Source: Ruminococcus albus 7 = DSM 20455
Lineage (GTDB): Bacteria; Bacillota; Clostridia; Oscillospirales; Ruminococcaceae
Direction: 5' to 3'
DNA length: 32,000 bases
Assembly (NCBI RefSeq): GCF_000179635.2
Contig: NC_014833.1
Location: 2,520,001 to 2,552,000 of the forward strand
Shown one piece after another: positions 1 to 8,676 of the stretch (position 1 is its first letter; each line of letters begins with the position of its first letter). The translations under genes were made by a program, and so were the position numbers. The notes under the pieces were generated by a model. The model searched no databases. It saw nothing but the letters and a program-made list of their open reading frames with translations, and had not been told where the DNA came from.

Positions 1-418
1 GCTGCAGTGATGCCACAGGCAGCTTTATCTCATGCACCCATAGTTCTATATACTCACGGAACTCAGCATTCTCACGGCGGTATTCCGCGATGCGTTCGCA
101 CATGGATTTATCCGTTCGCCTTAACACATCATGCAAAAGCCTGCCCTCGAAGAAATCGGGATCTTCCAGCACTTCCGCCAGCAGATATTTTTTATCCAGT
201 TCATCAAGGCAGTTCACCATTTTATCGTAGTACAGCTTTTTTCTTACAAAAGTCAATACCTCGGAAATTATGCCCCCAATAAGAAATATTGCATCAAGCA
301 TGATCATCTGCTCCGCTTCCATATGGAAAGCGTTCATGAAAATAAAAGCGATAACAAGTGCGGCAGCAAATATCCAATAGGCTGCTGCCCTGTCCTTAAT
401 ATAGTCTGCAAAACTCAT
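1..418 (-). CDS. Sensor histidine kinase, N-terminal part (BceS-like intramembrane-sensing type); continues beyond left edge
   Basis: Absent from the ORF track because it has no stop in the window. My minus-strand translation from ATG 418-416 stays open to base 2 (139 codons): MSFADYIKDRAAAYWIFAAALVIAFIF...MLDAIFLIGGIISEVLTF...ELWVHEIKLPVASLQ. It has two hydrophobic segments with a short loop, then an H-box-like WVHEIKxP. The start overlaps the response-regulator stop as ATGA (415-418), indicating an RR-HK operon. Confidence 0.75.
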   Translation of the reverse strand, partial: MSFADYIKDRAAAYWIFAAALVIAFIFMNAFHMEAEQMIMLDAIFLIGGIISEVLTFVRKKLYYDKMVNCLDELDKKYLLAEVLEDPDFFEGRLLHDVLRRTDKSMCERIAEYRRENAEFREYIELWVHEIKLPVASLQ

Positions 419-1077
419 TTCAGCACGTACCCCTGTTTCTTGCGTGTTTCGATAGCATCCTCAAAGCCAAGGTCAGCAAGCTTGCCGCGCAGACGGCTGA
501 TATTTACCGACAGTGCGTTATCGTTAACGAACTCATCATTATCCCACAGGGCAGTCATAAGGTCATCGCGGGTGACTATCTCTCCCTGTCTGTCAAACAG
601 CAGCTGGAATATTATCATCTCATTTTTGGTGAGCACCTGTTCCCTGCCGTTCCTGGAGATGCTGCCCTTGACAGTACTCACCTCAGCATCGTGGAACATC
701 TGTAAGGTGCTTGTCCTGTTAAATCGTTTGAGCACCGCGGATATCCTCAGCAGAAGAATAGTGGGATTATAGGGCTTGGTCACGTAGTCATCAGCCCCGA
801 AGCTCATGGAGAGCACCTCATCTATCTCGGTGCTGCGGCTGGTGAGCATTATCACAGGGGTATCGGTGAACTTGCGGTACTCCTGCAGCAGGGCTTCACC
901 GCCCACGAAAGGCAGGTTTATATCCAGCAGGATAAGGTCTGCATCGGATGCTTTCATCTGTTCAAGGGTATTGCTGAAATCTGTGACAGCGGAAGCTTCA
1001 TAGCCTGAATTGCGCAGCAGAGTAGCAACTTCATCGCGGAGGGCATTATCGTCCTCGATAACGAGTATTCTTTTCAT
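415..1077 (-). CDS. OmpR/PhoB-family two-component response regulator (BceR-like)
   Basis: 220 aa. The receiver domain shows ILVIEDD...DLILLDINLP...ADDYVTKP. The C-terminal winged-helix shows LTKNEMIIFQLL...ALSVNISRLRGKL...GYVL. AGGAG RBS lies upstream of ATG 1077. Confidence 0.9.
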   Translation of the reverse strand: MKRILVIEDDNALRDEVATLLRNSGYEASAVTDFSNTLEQMKASDADLILLDINLPFVGGEALLQEYRKFTDTPVIMLTSRSTEIDEVLSMSFGADDYVTKPYNPTILLLRISAVLKRFNRTSTLQMFHDAEVSTVKGSISRNGREQVLTKNEMIIFQLLFDRQGEIVTRDDLMTALWDNDEFVNDNALSVNISRLRGKLADLGFEDAIETRKKQGYVLK

Positions 1078-1192
1078 ATATGTAAAACTCCTGTATCATA
1101 AATTTATACAATATAATTATAAACTATTTATGCAGATACGTCAACCCCGAAGCACTTTCAGCCTTCATGATGCAACGGCATTTATCCGCATA

Positions 1193-1229
1193 CAAAAACG
1201 AGCGTGGGCATATGATCGCTCACGCTCGT
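1193..1229 (-). terminator. Rho-independent terminator after the oxidoreductase gene
   Basis: 9-bp stem ACGAGCGTG (1198-1206) / CACGCTCGT (1221-1229), followed on the minus strand by TTTTTG. It lies 15 nt after the stop at 1244. Confidence 0.6.
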
Positions 1230-1243
1230 AAAATGTTAAGTAC

Positions 1244-2890
1244 CTACACCATGCCGGTAACACTGTGCTTAGCCGCTATTATGCCAAAGGTATAGCACTT
1301 GCCCAGTGAAAGTCCCGTCTGGTGGAAGGGATAATCCGCACCGCCGTAGAACTGTCCTCCCAGATTGCCCACGCAGTAAAGTCCCTCTATGGGTCTGCCG
1401 TCAGCATCCAGGGCTCTTGCATTCTCGTCGGTGATGACTCCCGATACCTCGGCAGATACACGTATATGCTTTCTCGCTCCCCAGAATGGTGCTTTCTCTA
1501 TCTTGTGCATATACTTTGCAGGCTTGCCGAAGTCCGTATCCACGCCCTTATCGCAAAGCTCGTTATAGCGGTCAACGGAAGCCTTCAGCTTGTCATAGGG
1601 TATATCAAGTTCCTTGGCAAGTTCTTCCAGTGTAGCGCATCTGTGGAGGTCTATAAGGTTCTTGAATACGCCCTGAGGATTTTCCACCGCACCCGGTATG
1701 AACTTCTCCATAACAGCAGGCGGAACTTTACCGCTTACGAACTCATCGTCAGACCAGTCCATATAGGTGCTGTCATAGACAGTGCAGTACCAGCCCTTTG
1801 AGCCTGTTTCCCTGTGTTCGGCATCCAGCATCGAGCCTTTGTATGCAGGCTGGGTTCTCAGGATATTACCCATGTATACAAATCCCGTATACTCATTGGT
1901 GAAGCGTTCGCCCTCCATATTCAGGTAGAGGAAAGGTTCTTCAAACATGAGTGCGGAATCGAAATCGTGCATCATCTTTGTATGACCGAGAGGTTCCATA
2001 ACTGCACCTGCGGATATTGCAAGGATATGACCGTCACCTGTTTTGCCGAACTGTTTTTTATCGAAGTCGGCTATATCGGGACACCATCTTTTAACCATAG
2101 CAGGGTTGTTGGTATAGTCACCTGTTGCCAGTATGACTGCTTTCTTCGCATTGTAGCGGATATACCTGCCTTCTTTGTTCTTTGCGATGACAGCACATAC
2201 CCTGCCATTCTCACGCACCAGCTGAACAGCCGGGGTATTATAGAACACCTCCAGGGGTGCACCTGCCTTCTGAACGTTGTCTATGATATTCCTCAGTGCA
2301 TGACCCACGTTCTTTGGCTTGGGACCCACCCAGGGTGCCCAGAAGTAGCAGTGGTCATCGCCGTATTCATAGGAATTCTCCCTGTCCTGCCAGTGACCTG
2401 TGAAATCGCCGCTGGTGCTGATAAATGCACAAAGTCCGTTGCCGTCGTTGAGTAATTCTGCCGAACGCTTATTATCGTCCACTTTGCTTCCGTCACCGTA
2501 CTCGGTTTCCCTTGTAAGTCCTGCCCTGTTGAGGAACCACATCATAGCTTCCTCGGAGTGTTCGGCATAGGCACGGAGAAGTTTAGTATCTGCACGCCAG
2601 CTGCAAAGGCTGTTGGTATGGTGTATCCACTTGGCGATACCTGCCTCGGTTGAACGCGATTTTATTATAGCCGATCCGCAGTTGCCCTGAGATACAGCTC
2701 CTGATTCTTTTTGCAGCAGTGCGACTTTAGCGCCAAGCTCCGCTGCTTTACAAGCGGCAGGGACCCCTGCTGCGCCTGCACCTACAACGACGATATCGTA
2801 ATCGTTTACATCATCAGGTATGATATCCTGCAGTTCACAAACAGAAGCATCCAGTTCCTGTTCAGTGATATTGATATTTTCCTGTGCCAT
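1244..2890 (-). CDS. FAD-dependent oxidoreductase (fumarate reductase/succinate dehydrogenase flavoprotein-like)
   Basis: 548 aa. N-terminal dinucleotide-binding fold DIVVVGAGAAGVPAACKAAELGAKVALLQK and C-terminal LYCVGN...GG motif typical of FAD_binding_2 flavoproteins. GGAGGAAGAATA-ATG RBS at 2890. Confidence 0.8.
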   Translation of the reverse strand: MAQENINITEQELDASVCELQDIIPDDVNDYDIVVVGAGAAGVPAACKAAELGAKVALLQKESGAVSQGNCGSAIIKSRSTEAGIAKWIHHTNSLCSWRADTKLLRAYAEHSEEAMMWFLNRAGLTRETEYGDGSKVDDNKRSAELLNDGNGLCAFISTSGDFTGHWQDRENSYEYGDDHCYFWAPWVGPKPKNVGHALRNIIDNVQKAGAPLEVFYNTPAVQLVRENGRVCAVIAKNKEGRYIRYNAKKAVILATGDYTNNPAMVKRWCPDIADFDKKQFGKTGDGHILAISAGAVMEPLGHTKMMHDFDSALMFEEPFLYLNMEGERFTNEYTGFVYMGNILRTQPAYKGSMLDAEHRETGSKGWYCTVYDSTYMDWSDDEFVSGKVPPAVMEKFIPGAVENPQGVFKNLIDLHRCATLEELAKELDIPYDKLKASVDRYNELCDKGVDTDFGKPAKYMHKIEKAPFWGARKHIRVSAEVSGVITDENARALDADGRPIEGLYCVGNLGGQFYGGADYPFHQTGLSLGKCYTFGIIAAKHSVTGMV

Positions 2891-3423
2891 TATTCTTCCT
2901 CCTTTTTAAGCACATACTGCCGTCCTCATCAGCGTAGGACGGCAGCTTTTATGGTTACGGTTCGTTAGTCCATTTTGCGGACTGTATTTCATTTGCTATG
3001 GTCTGTGTGTTTGGTACTTCCTGTCGGTCATGCCGCGTAAGGAGTTTATACGGTGGTATGCTTTGGTATCCGTTGGCAGACTTTCGTACTGCGGTTGACC
3101 TGTCGCCCCTTGCGGGTCGAGAAATCTGATTCGCTTCGCTGTCAGATTTCGTGCGCGGCAATAATTTTACGCGGATAGTTTGTGCGTGTCGTATGGTTTG
3201 GTACACGCTCGTACAATTTCGTTATTGCCGCGCTTTTTTGACAGGGGGCGGGAGTTTGCTGTGCTTTAATAGTTCGCTTTGTATTTTGGTTTTGCGCCTT
3301 GAGTTGAGGGCTCTGCCCTCAAACTCCCGCAAGCCTGCTAGCGCGAGGCTTGACCGCGCGCTTTGATTCCTTGGCATTCTATCCTCAGTACAGCTGCGTT
3401 ATCTTCCTGACAACAATTATGAA

Positions 3424-4056
3424 TTATTCATACCTCAGTGCGTCGATAGGATTCATATTGCCCGCTCTCTTCGCAGGATAGTAACCGAATATCAGTCCAG
3501 TCAGCATCGAGAATGCCAGAGATATAATGATCGCAGGAATCGATGGCTGTACACTCAGTGTGATGTATTCAGCATATTCAGCCGCCATATTGTTAAGCAG
3601 CAGCGCAGCTACCTTGCTGAGAAGCACACCGTTCAGCACGCCTATAAGAACACCGATGGTACCGCCCGTAAGACATATTATTACAGCCTCTACCACAAAC
3701 TGCGAACGTATATCTCCGTTCAGTGCGCCAAGGGCTTTTCTTACACCTATCTCGCGTGTACGTTCAAGGATGCTCACAAGCATTATGTTCATAACTCCCA
3801 CGCCGCCAACTATCAGGGATATCGCCGCTATAATTGATATCGCTATGGTTATTACGTTCAGCACCGTGGTTATCATGCCCATTTCTTCCTGCTCGTCATA
3901 TATATTCATACGCCATACCTCGTTGTTGCGGTATATAGGCTCGAAGTAATCGTTGATGTACTTCTTTGCAGTCTCGGAATCACAGCTGCTGGTCCAGCCT
4001 ATCTGTGCACTGTGGAGTATGGTCTCTTTCGGAGAAAGACCCTTAGCTTCAAGCAT
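3424..4056 (-). pseudogene. MacB/FtsX-type ABC transporter permease, 3' half only (5' half missing)
   Basis: The 210-aa ORF covers only the end of the periplasmic domain plus the FtsX 3-TM bundle (ITTVLNVITIAISIIAAISLIVGGVGVMNIM...REIGVRKALGA...IDALRYE). Full-length members are about 400 aa. The frame stays open upstream of the first ATG to 4119 (..KAIYVFFPYNT-MLEAK..) with no RBS, then hits a stop and AT-rich non-coding DNA. This is consistent with truncation at about 4060-4120. Confidence 0.65.
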
Positions 4057-4383
4057 GGTGTTGTATGGGAAGAAAACATATATCGCTTTAACGGTATAGA
4101 TACATAGCCTTAAAACCGCCTAATATCGTCATTTTTCACACTTTATTTGAACGTTCAAAAAAGTGTGTTTTCGTAGATGACCGAGCCTATTTTGTACCGA
4201 CTTTCATTTTCAATATCTAAAATTGATATTTCGTATATCAATCATTCATAGCTGTGATATTGAACGCAAAAAATAATAATATAATAATTTTAACCTCGCA
4301 TTTCTTATTCATCGTGACAAAATATCGGTGCATTATTTATCCATAGTGAACTTGTAATTTGTTTCGATAAAAGCACAAAGCAA

Positions 4384-4421
4384 TCTCCCCTTGTATCATT
4401 GAGAAATAATACAAGGGGAGA
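4384..4421 (-). terminator. Rho-independent terminator after the AAA-ATPase gene
   Basis: Perfect 13-bp stem TCTCCCCTTGTAT (4384-4396) / ATACAAGGGGAGA (4409-4421) with a 12-nt loop. It lies 27 nt after the stop at 4448 and has a T-rich trailer on the minus strand. Confidence 0.6.
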
Positions 4422-4447
4422 AATTATCTCTGTGAAATTTTGAAAGT

Positions 4448-6049
4448 TTACTTTGTGACCGTTTCTATCGTGCAAGTATGAACCTTAGTCTTTTCATCAT
4501 AGTTGATGCCGACAAGTATGATCTTACCTTTACGGTTCTTTAGGATAGTCGGATATTCACGGTCTTTGATCTGCTGAATGGCTGCCGTGTCAGACTTGTT
4601 CCATTTCAGCTCGATAACAAGTGTCGGATCGGTAGCCTTACGAGGAATGAAAACAACATCAGCGATACCCTTACCGCTTGGAAGCTCCTCGATCTTCATG
4701 TAGTTATCAACACAAACGATATAGGCAAACTTGATAACATACCTGAGTGCCTGCTCGTCATTGTAATAGGTGGGAGCATAGTTCATCATACGAATTTCGT
4801 CAATGGCTTTCGCAACAGCTTCTTCATTTCCGCTTATTGTATCTTGCAGGAGCTTTTTGGAATTACTGAGAAGATCGACCAGCACTTCATGCTTGGTCAT
4901 TTTAAGGATATTGGAAAATTCAAGCCTGATTTCGTCGTTCGGGATATGAACAAACTCCCTGATGATCTCGTCCTCGTCATCGCCCTCTCCGAGTATCTCA
5001 ACTTTCTGTTCGTATGCCAGATAGCCGAGGTGAACAAGTAAGGTCAGAACATCGTCTTTCAGCTTGAATCCTGTTACGTCATTCTTAAAACTGCTTGTGT
5101 TGATCTCAATGGTCTCGCCAGCAATAAGCTGTGCAATATCCCCTTGCAGACCTTCTTCGTCCATTTCAATATAGTCAAGCAGATTATCCGCCGCCGAGGT
5201 CTGTCTCCAATACGATGTGTATTTTTTCTTTTTGGCAGCACAGATAACCGAATACGGGTTGTAAACAGACTGAACATCACCAACAGTATAGCCGTCATAC
5301 CATTTCTTCATCTTGCGGAAGTCAGCGTGATATTTGTCGCATATCTTATGAACATCTTCTTCCAAAAAACCAGTATATTTTGCAAATTCATCAGGCTCTA
5401 TGATTGAATGTTCCTCAAAATCAGATATAGCAGACTGTGAACCATCTTTCTTTATAGGCAGGATACCTGTCATATATGCTGCGGCAAATATCTTGGGCGT
5501 TGTTGAACTGCTTTTAAAAAGCATACGCAAGAACAGTAGGTATTCTTTGGAATTGACCATAGACTCACGAATGGGTGCGTCCCACTCGTCTATTATCATC
5601 ACAATTTTTCTGCCTGTTTTTTCTACTGCGTTAATAAGCGTTTGATCGAATGATGAACCTTTTATGATGTTTGTATCAGTAGCAAGGATTTCATTTTCAA
5701 CGTTGTCCTTAATGAATTGAATCAGCTTCTCAGGTTCAACTTTTTCAAGCAAATTTGTCATATCAAGATAAATAACATGATATTTATTGATATTACTCTC
5801 ATAGGTTCTATCGCTGCTGATCTCATACTTTTCAAAAAGGCTGTGAGAATCGCAAGTGTAGTCATAGTAGGCACAAAGCATTTTAGCAGCATAAGACTTG
5901 CCGAAACGGCGCGGACGGCTGATACACACCAATTTGCTCGGAGTATTGATACGCTGATTTATCAAGGCGATAAGACCTGTCTTATCAATGTAGTCACCAT
6001 TCAGCACTTCCTCAAATCCGCTGTTGCCGGGATTGAGATATGTTCCCAT
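4448..6049 (-). CDS. Predicted AAA-ATPase with C-terminal PD-(D/E)XK nuclease-like domain (AAA-ATPase_like + PDDEXK_9 type architecture)
   Basis: N-terminus GTYLNPGNSGFEEVLNGDYIDKTGLI...ISRPRRFGKSYAAKML (P-loop) and Walker B-like VMIIDEWD. C-terminus GKGIADVVFIPRK...LVIELKWNKS (D...ExK nuclease motif). The track start 6115 is TTG; ATG 6049 is preceded by GGAGGTG and by a consensus promoter, so I call 6049. Confidence 0.75.
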   Translation of the reverse strand: MGTYLNPGNSGFEEVLNGDYIDKTGLIALINQRINTPSKLVCISRPRRFGKSYAAKMLCAYYDYTCDSHSLFEKYEISSDRTYESNINKYHVIYLDMTNLLEKVEPEKLIQFIKDNVENEILATDTNIIKGSSFDQTLINAVEKTGRKIVMIIDEWDAPIRESMVNSKEYLLFLRMLFKSSSTTPKIFAAAYMTGILPIKKDGSQSAISDFEEHSIIEPDEFAKYTGFLEEDVHKICDKYHADFRKMKKWYDGYTVGDVQSVYNPYSVICAAKKKKYTSYWRQTSAADNLLDYIEMDEEGLQGDIAQLIAGETIEINTSSFKNDVTGFKLKDDVLTLLVHLGYLAYEQKVEILGEGDDEDEIIREFVHIPNDEIRLEFSNILKMTKHEVLVDLLSNSKKLLQDTISGNEEAVAKAIDEIRMMNYAPTYYNDEQALRYVIKFAYIVCVDNYMKIEELPSGKGIADVVFIPRKATDPTLVIELKWNKSDTAAIQQIKDREYPTILKNRKGKIILVGINYDEKTKVHTCTIETVTK

Positions 6050-6094
6050 AAAAATCACCTCCGTGATCGTAACACGATACACTTTATCTATTCT

Positions 6095-6123
6095 ATTATA
6101 CCCTATATCAAACAAAATTGCAA
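6095..6123 (-). promoter_or_regulatory. SigA-type promoter of the AAA-ATPase gene
   Basis: The minus strand reads TTGCAA (6123-6118), 17 nt, then TATAAT (6100-6095), about 45 nt upstream of ATG 6049. Confidence 0.5.
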
Positions 6124-6168
6124 GAGGTCACAACTAATTTCTTCCGAAAAATCGTAGGCTGTGACCTC
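6124..6168 (-). terminator. Hairpin after the recombinase operon (possible terminator)
   Basis: 9-bp arms GAGGTCACA (6124-6132) / TGTGACCTC (6160-6168), followed on the minus strand by TTGCAATTTTGTTT. The 27-nt loop is large, hence low confidence. Confidence 0.35.
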
Positions 6169-6182
6169 CTGCATATGTAACA

Positions 6183-7820
6183 TTACTTCTCTACCGCCAC
6201 ATTCATTTCATGCCCATCCTTGAAGATGATCTGCACCTCGTTCTTGGACAGTACCCTGATAACCTCAATGACCTTGCGGACGGTCACATCGTCATATTCG
6301 GCAAGGTGGCAGTCATGACGGCGCAGCTCCTCACCGACAGCCATGAGAGCGTATTTCTTCTCATCACTCAGCTTGGCTTTGGTCTGCATATCGTCAAGCT
6401 GGGTTTTCAGGTAGGCTTCCTCGTCGTTCAGGCTCTCAAAGTTTTTGTCGAGGGCATCTTCATCGACTGCACCGCTTGTGATCTGACGGACAAGTGAATC
6501 CCTCTCGTCCTCTATTTCTTCAAGGCGTTTCTGTATTTTGGCAGTCTGTTTCTGCATATCGCCATTGTCGCCGATGACAGCAAGGATATTCTGCTCCATT
6601 CGGGCAAGCATATCGCCGTTTCGGGAATAGACAGCGTTCAGAGCCTTGACGATAGCATTTTGCAGGCTTTCTTCGCTGATTGAGGGAGAATGTTTGCAGT
6701 ATTTACTGCCGTGATCGAGCCTGCTGATACACCGCCACACGATACGCTTGTGACCGTGTGAAGTCCATGTTACCCTTCGGTATGCCGTTCCGCACTCTCC
6801 GCATATTAGAATATCGGTCAGGGCGTATTTGCTTGAATACTGCCCCAATTCCGTCCTTGCCTTTGCAGAGCGTTTCTTGATCGCTCCACGCTTCGCAAGT
6901 TCCTGCTGAACACGATTATATGTATCACGGTCGATAATGGCAGGGTGGCAGTCATGAACGATGTACTTATTTTTCTCGCCGTTGTTCTTGACACGCTTGT
7001 GGGTGATGCAGTCGATGGTGTAGCTTTTTTGGAGGATTGCATCGCCTGCGTATTTCTCATTTTTGAGGATGAAATTCACATTCGCCCTGTTCCATGTTGA
7101 CGAACCGCTTCGGCGTTTGATACCCTCCGACTGCAATTGATCTGCGATGCCCTGCATACTCATACCGTCAAGAAACATGACATAGATACGGCGGACAATC
7201 TCCGCTTCTTCCTCCACTATATACGGCACACCGTCCTCGCCCATGCGGTAGCCGAGTGTCTTGTCGAGAACATACTTGACCTTGCCCTCACGGAAAGATT
7301 TCTCGATACCCCACGATACATTTTTGCTGATACTCTCGCTCTCTGCCTGAGCGAATGAACCATACAGCGATATGATAAATTCGCTGTTCATCATCATGGT
7401 GTTAATGTTCTCTTTCTCAAAAATAACGCCAATGCCGAGCAGTCTCAGTTCACGGATATATTCAAGACAATCCACAGTATTTCGGGCGAAACGGCTGATT
7501 GACTTGCACAGCACAAGGTCGATTTTCTTTTGCTGACACTTGCGTATCATCTTGTTGAACTGCTTGCGGTTCTTGGTCTGCGTACCGCTGATGCCCTCGT
7601 CTGCGAATATGCCTGCAAGCGTCCATTCGGGGTTGGAGTTGATGAGGTTCGTGTAGTATTCTATCTGCACCTGATAGCTGTTCGCCTGTTCCTCGCTGTC
7701 GGTGGATACACGGCAGTAGGCAGCCACACGAATTTGCCTGTATTTGGACTGTTTCAGCTCGGCAGGCGAGAGGGCAGGTATCATCGTAACATTGGAAGCC
7801 ATATCGTTATTCTTCGGCAT
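6183..7820 (-). CDS. Large serine recombinase (resolvase catalytic domain + recombinase domain + zinc ribbon + coiled coil)
   Basis: 545 aa. Catalytic region RVAAYCRVSTDSEEQANSYQVQ...SISRFARNTVD, zinc ribbon CGECGTAYRR...WRC...C, coiled-coil tail. AAGGAGG RBS 6 nt before ATG 7820. Overlaps the upstream gene by 14 nt. Confidence 0.9.
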   Translation of the reverse strand: MPKNNDMASNVTMIPALSPAELKQSKYRQIRVAAYCRVSTDSEEQANSYQVQIEYYTNLINSNPEWTLAGIFADEGISGTQTKNRKQFNKMIRKCQQKKIDLVLCKSISRFARNTVDCLEYIRELRLLGIGVIFEKENINTMMMNSEFIISLYGSFAQAESESISKNVSWGIEKSFREGKVKYVLDKTLGYRMGEDGVPYIVEEEAEIVRRIYVMFLDGMSMQGIADQLQSEGIKRRSGSSTWNRANVNFILKNEKYAGDAILQKSYTIDCITHKRVKNNGEKNKYIVHDCHPAIIDRDTYNRVQQELAKRGAIKKRSAKARTELGQYSSKYALTDILICGECGTAYRRVTWTSHGHKRIVWRCISRLDHGSKYCKHSPSISEESLQNAIVKALNAVYSRNGDMLARMEQNILAVIGDNGDMQKQTAKIQKRLEEIEDERDSLVRQITSGAVDEDALDKNFESLNDEEAYLKTQLDDMQTKAKLSDEKKYALMAVGEELRRHDCHLAEYDDVTVRKVIEVIRVLSKNEVQIIFKDGHEMNVAVEK

Positions 7821-8676
7821 TGTTAACCTCCTTGTATGCGATGCGCTTTCCGTTTCTGAACTCTATCGCTATAACCTTGTTTTCATCAACGGTTATTCTG
7901 CTTACGATCTGCAATAAAAGCTCCGTATCAATCGTTTCGGAAGGCTCATGTCCTGCAATCAGGTCTTGAAGCTCCTGCGTGATATACGGCTCTCTGCTGT
8001 ATGTGCAGGCGTTGTATTTCATGACTGCCAGCGCAAGCGTTTTCGACTTTATCAGCTCATATTCAATGGGCTGAACAGCACAGAGCTGAGATATTTCCTT
8101 TTCTGCCTGCCGTATTTCTTCGGTAGGCTCATACACAGTCAGAGGCGTACCTGTTTCAAGCATATCGGAATTACCGACAACATCGTTCATAATGCTCTGC
8201 ACCACCGACACGAAATAATCATCGGGAATCCTCGGCTTAAAGTTCGCACAGCCCTTACGAGTACACCGCCACCGTTTGTAGCCTGTCCTGTCGGAGAAAT
8301 GCACCATATTCGTACCGCACACGGTACAATAGGACAGCTTTTTCAGCACCGTGTAGGTATCGGGGACTTTCACTTTTTTGGCTGAGTTTCCGATATTTGA
8401 AGCGCCGAAAATGTCCTCCGAAATGATTGCAGGATAGCCGTCCGCACCGCAGTACCGCCCGTCACGGAGAATGCCGTACACCTTGTCGATAGCTTTTTTC
8501 TTATCCTCCGAGAAATAGGGTATCTGTTCATCATAGAGTGCTGCACCGATCTTACTGCCAGATAAGCCGTTTGCCTTTTCGTCAAAGATACGGCGGATTA
8601 TCTCGGCTTCACCAATATCAACAGCGATCCTGCCCTCTGCCCAAATGTAGCCGTAGGGGGTCTTTTTAATTGCCAT
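7807..8676 (-). CDS. Serine-recombinase-family protein lacking the N-terminal catalytic (resolvase) domain: recombinase domain + zinc ribbon only
   Basis: Begins directly with the recombinase-domain signature KKTPYGYIWAEGRIAVDIGEAEIIRRIF...SGSKIGAAL, then zinc ribbon CTVCGTNMVHF...WRCTRKGC. There is no S-x-x-Q/R catalytic segment. The track start 8703 is TTG; ATG 8676 (MAIKKTPYGY) is more likely. Confidence 0.75.
   Translation of the reverse strand: MAIKKTPYGYIWAEGRIAVDIGEAEIIRRIFDEKANGLSGSKIGAALYDEQIPYFSEDKKKAIDKVYGILRDGRYCGADGYPAIISEDIFGASNIGNSAKKVKVPDTYTVLKKLSYCTVCGTNMVHFSDRTGYKRWRCTRKGCANFKPRIPDDYFVSVVQSIMNDVVGNSDMLETGTPLTVYEPTEEIRQAEKEISQLCAVQPIEYELIKSKTLALAVMKYNACTYSREPYITQELQDLIAGHEPSETIDTELLLQIVSRITVDENKVIAIEFRNGKRIAYKEVNNAEE

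Noticed and set aside
131-772. 213-aa + strand ORF across the histidine kinase/response regulator junction
   Set aside because: It is antisense to two well-supported minus-strand genes, has low-complexity S/L-rich translation, and has no RBS. It is a shadow ORF.
1814-2455. 213-aa + strand ORF (and 1322..1801 +) inside the oxidoreductase gene
   Set aside because: It is antisense to a gene with clear FAD-binding motifs, and its own translation has no recognisable features. It is a shadow ORF.
2955-3366. ORFs 2955..3206 (-) and 3151..3366 (+) in the GC-rich spacer
   Set aside because: Both are R/A/P-rich translations of hairpin-rich GC DNA, with no RBS, and they overlap each other. They are better explained as structured non-coding DNA.
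3527-3949. 140-aa + strand ORF inside the permease fragment
   Set aside because: It is antisense to the FtsX-type transmembrane region. It is a shadow ORF.
4137-4175. Hairpin CACACTTT-n14-AAAGTGTG followed by TTTT on the + strand near the element junction, considered as a terminator or att feature
   Set aside because: There is no + strand gene upstream to terminate, and nothing ties it to recombinase binding. I noted it but cannot support it as a feature.
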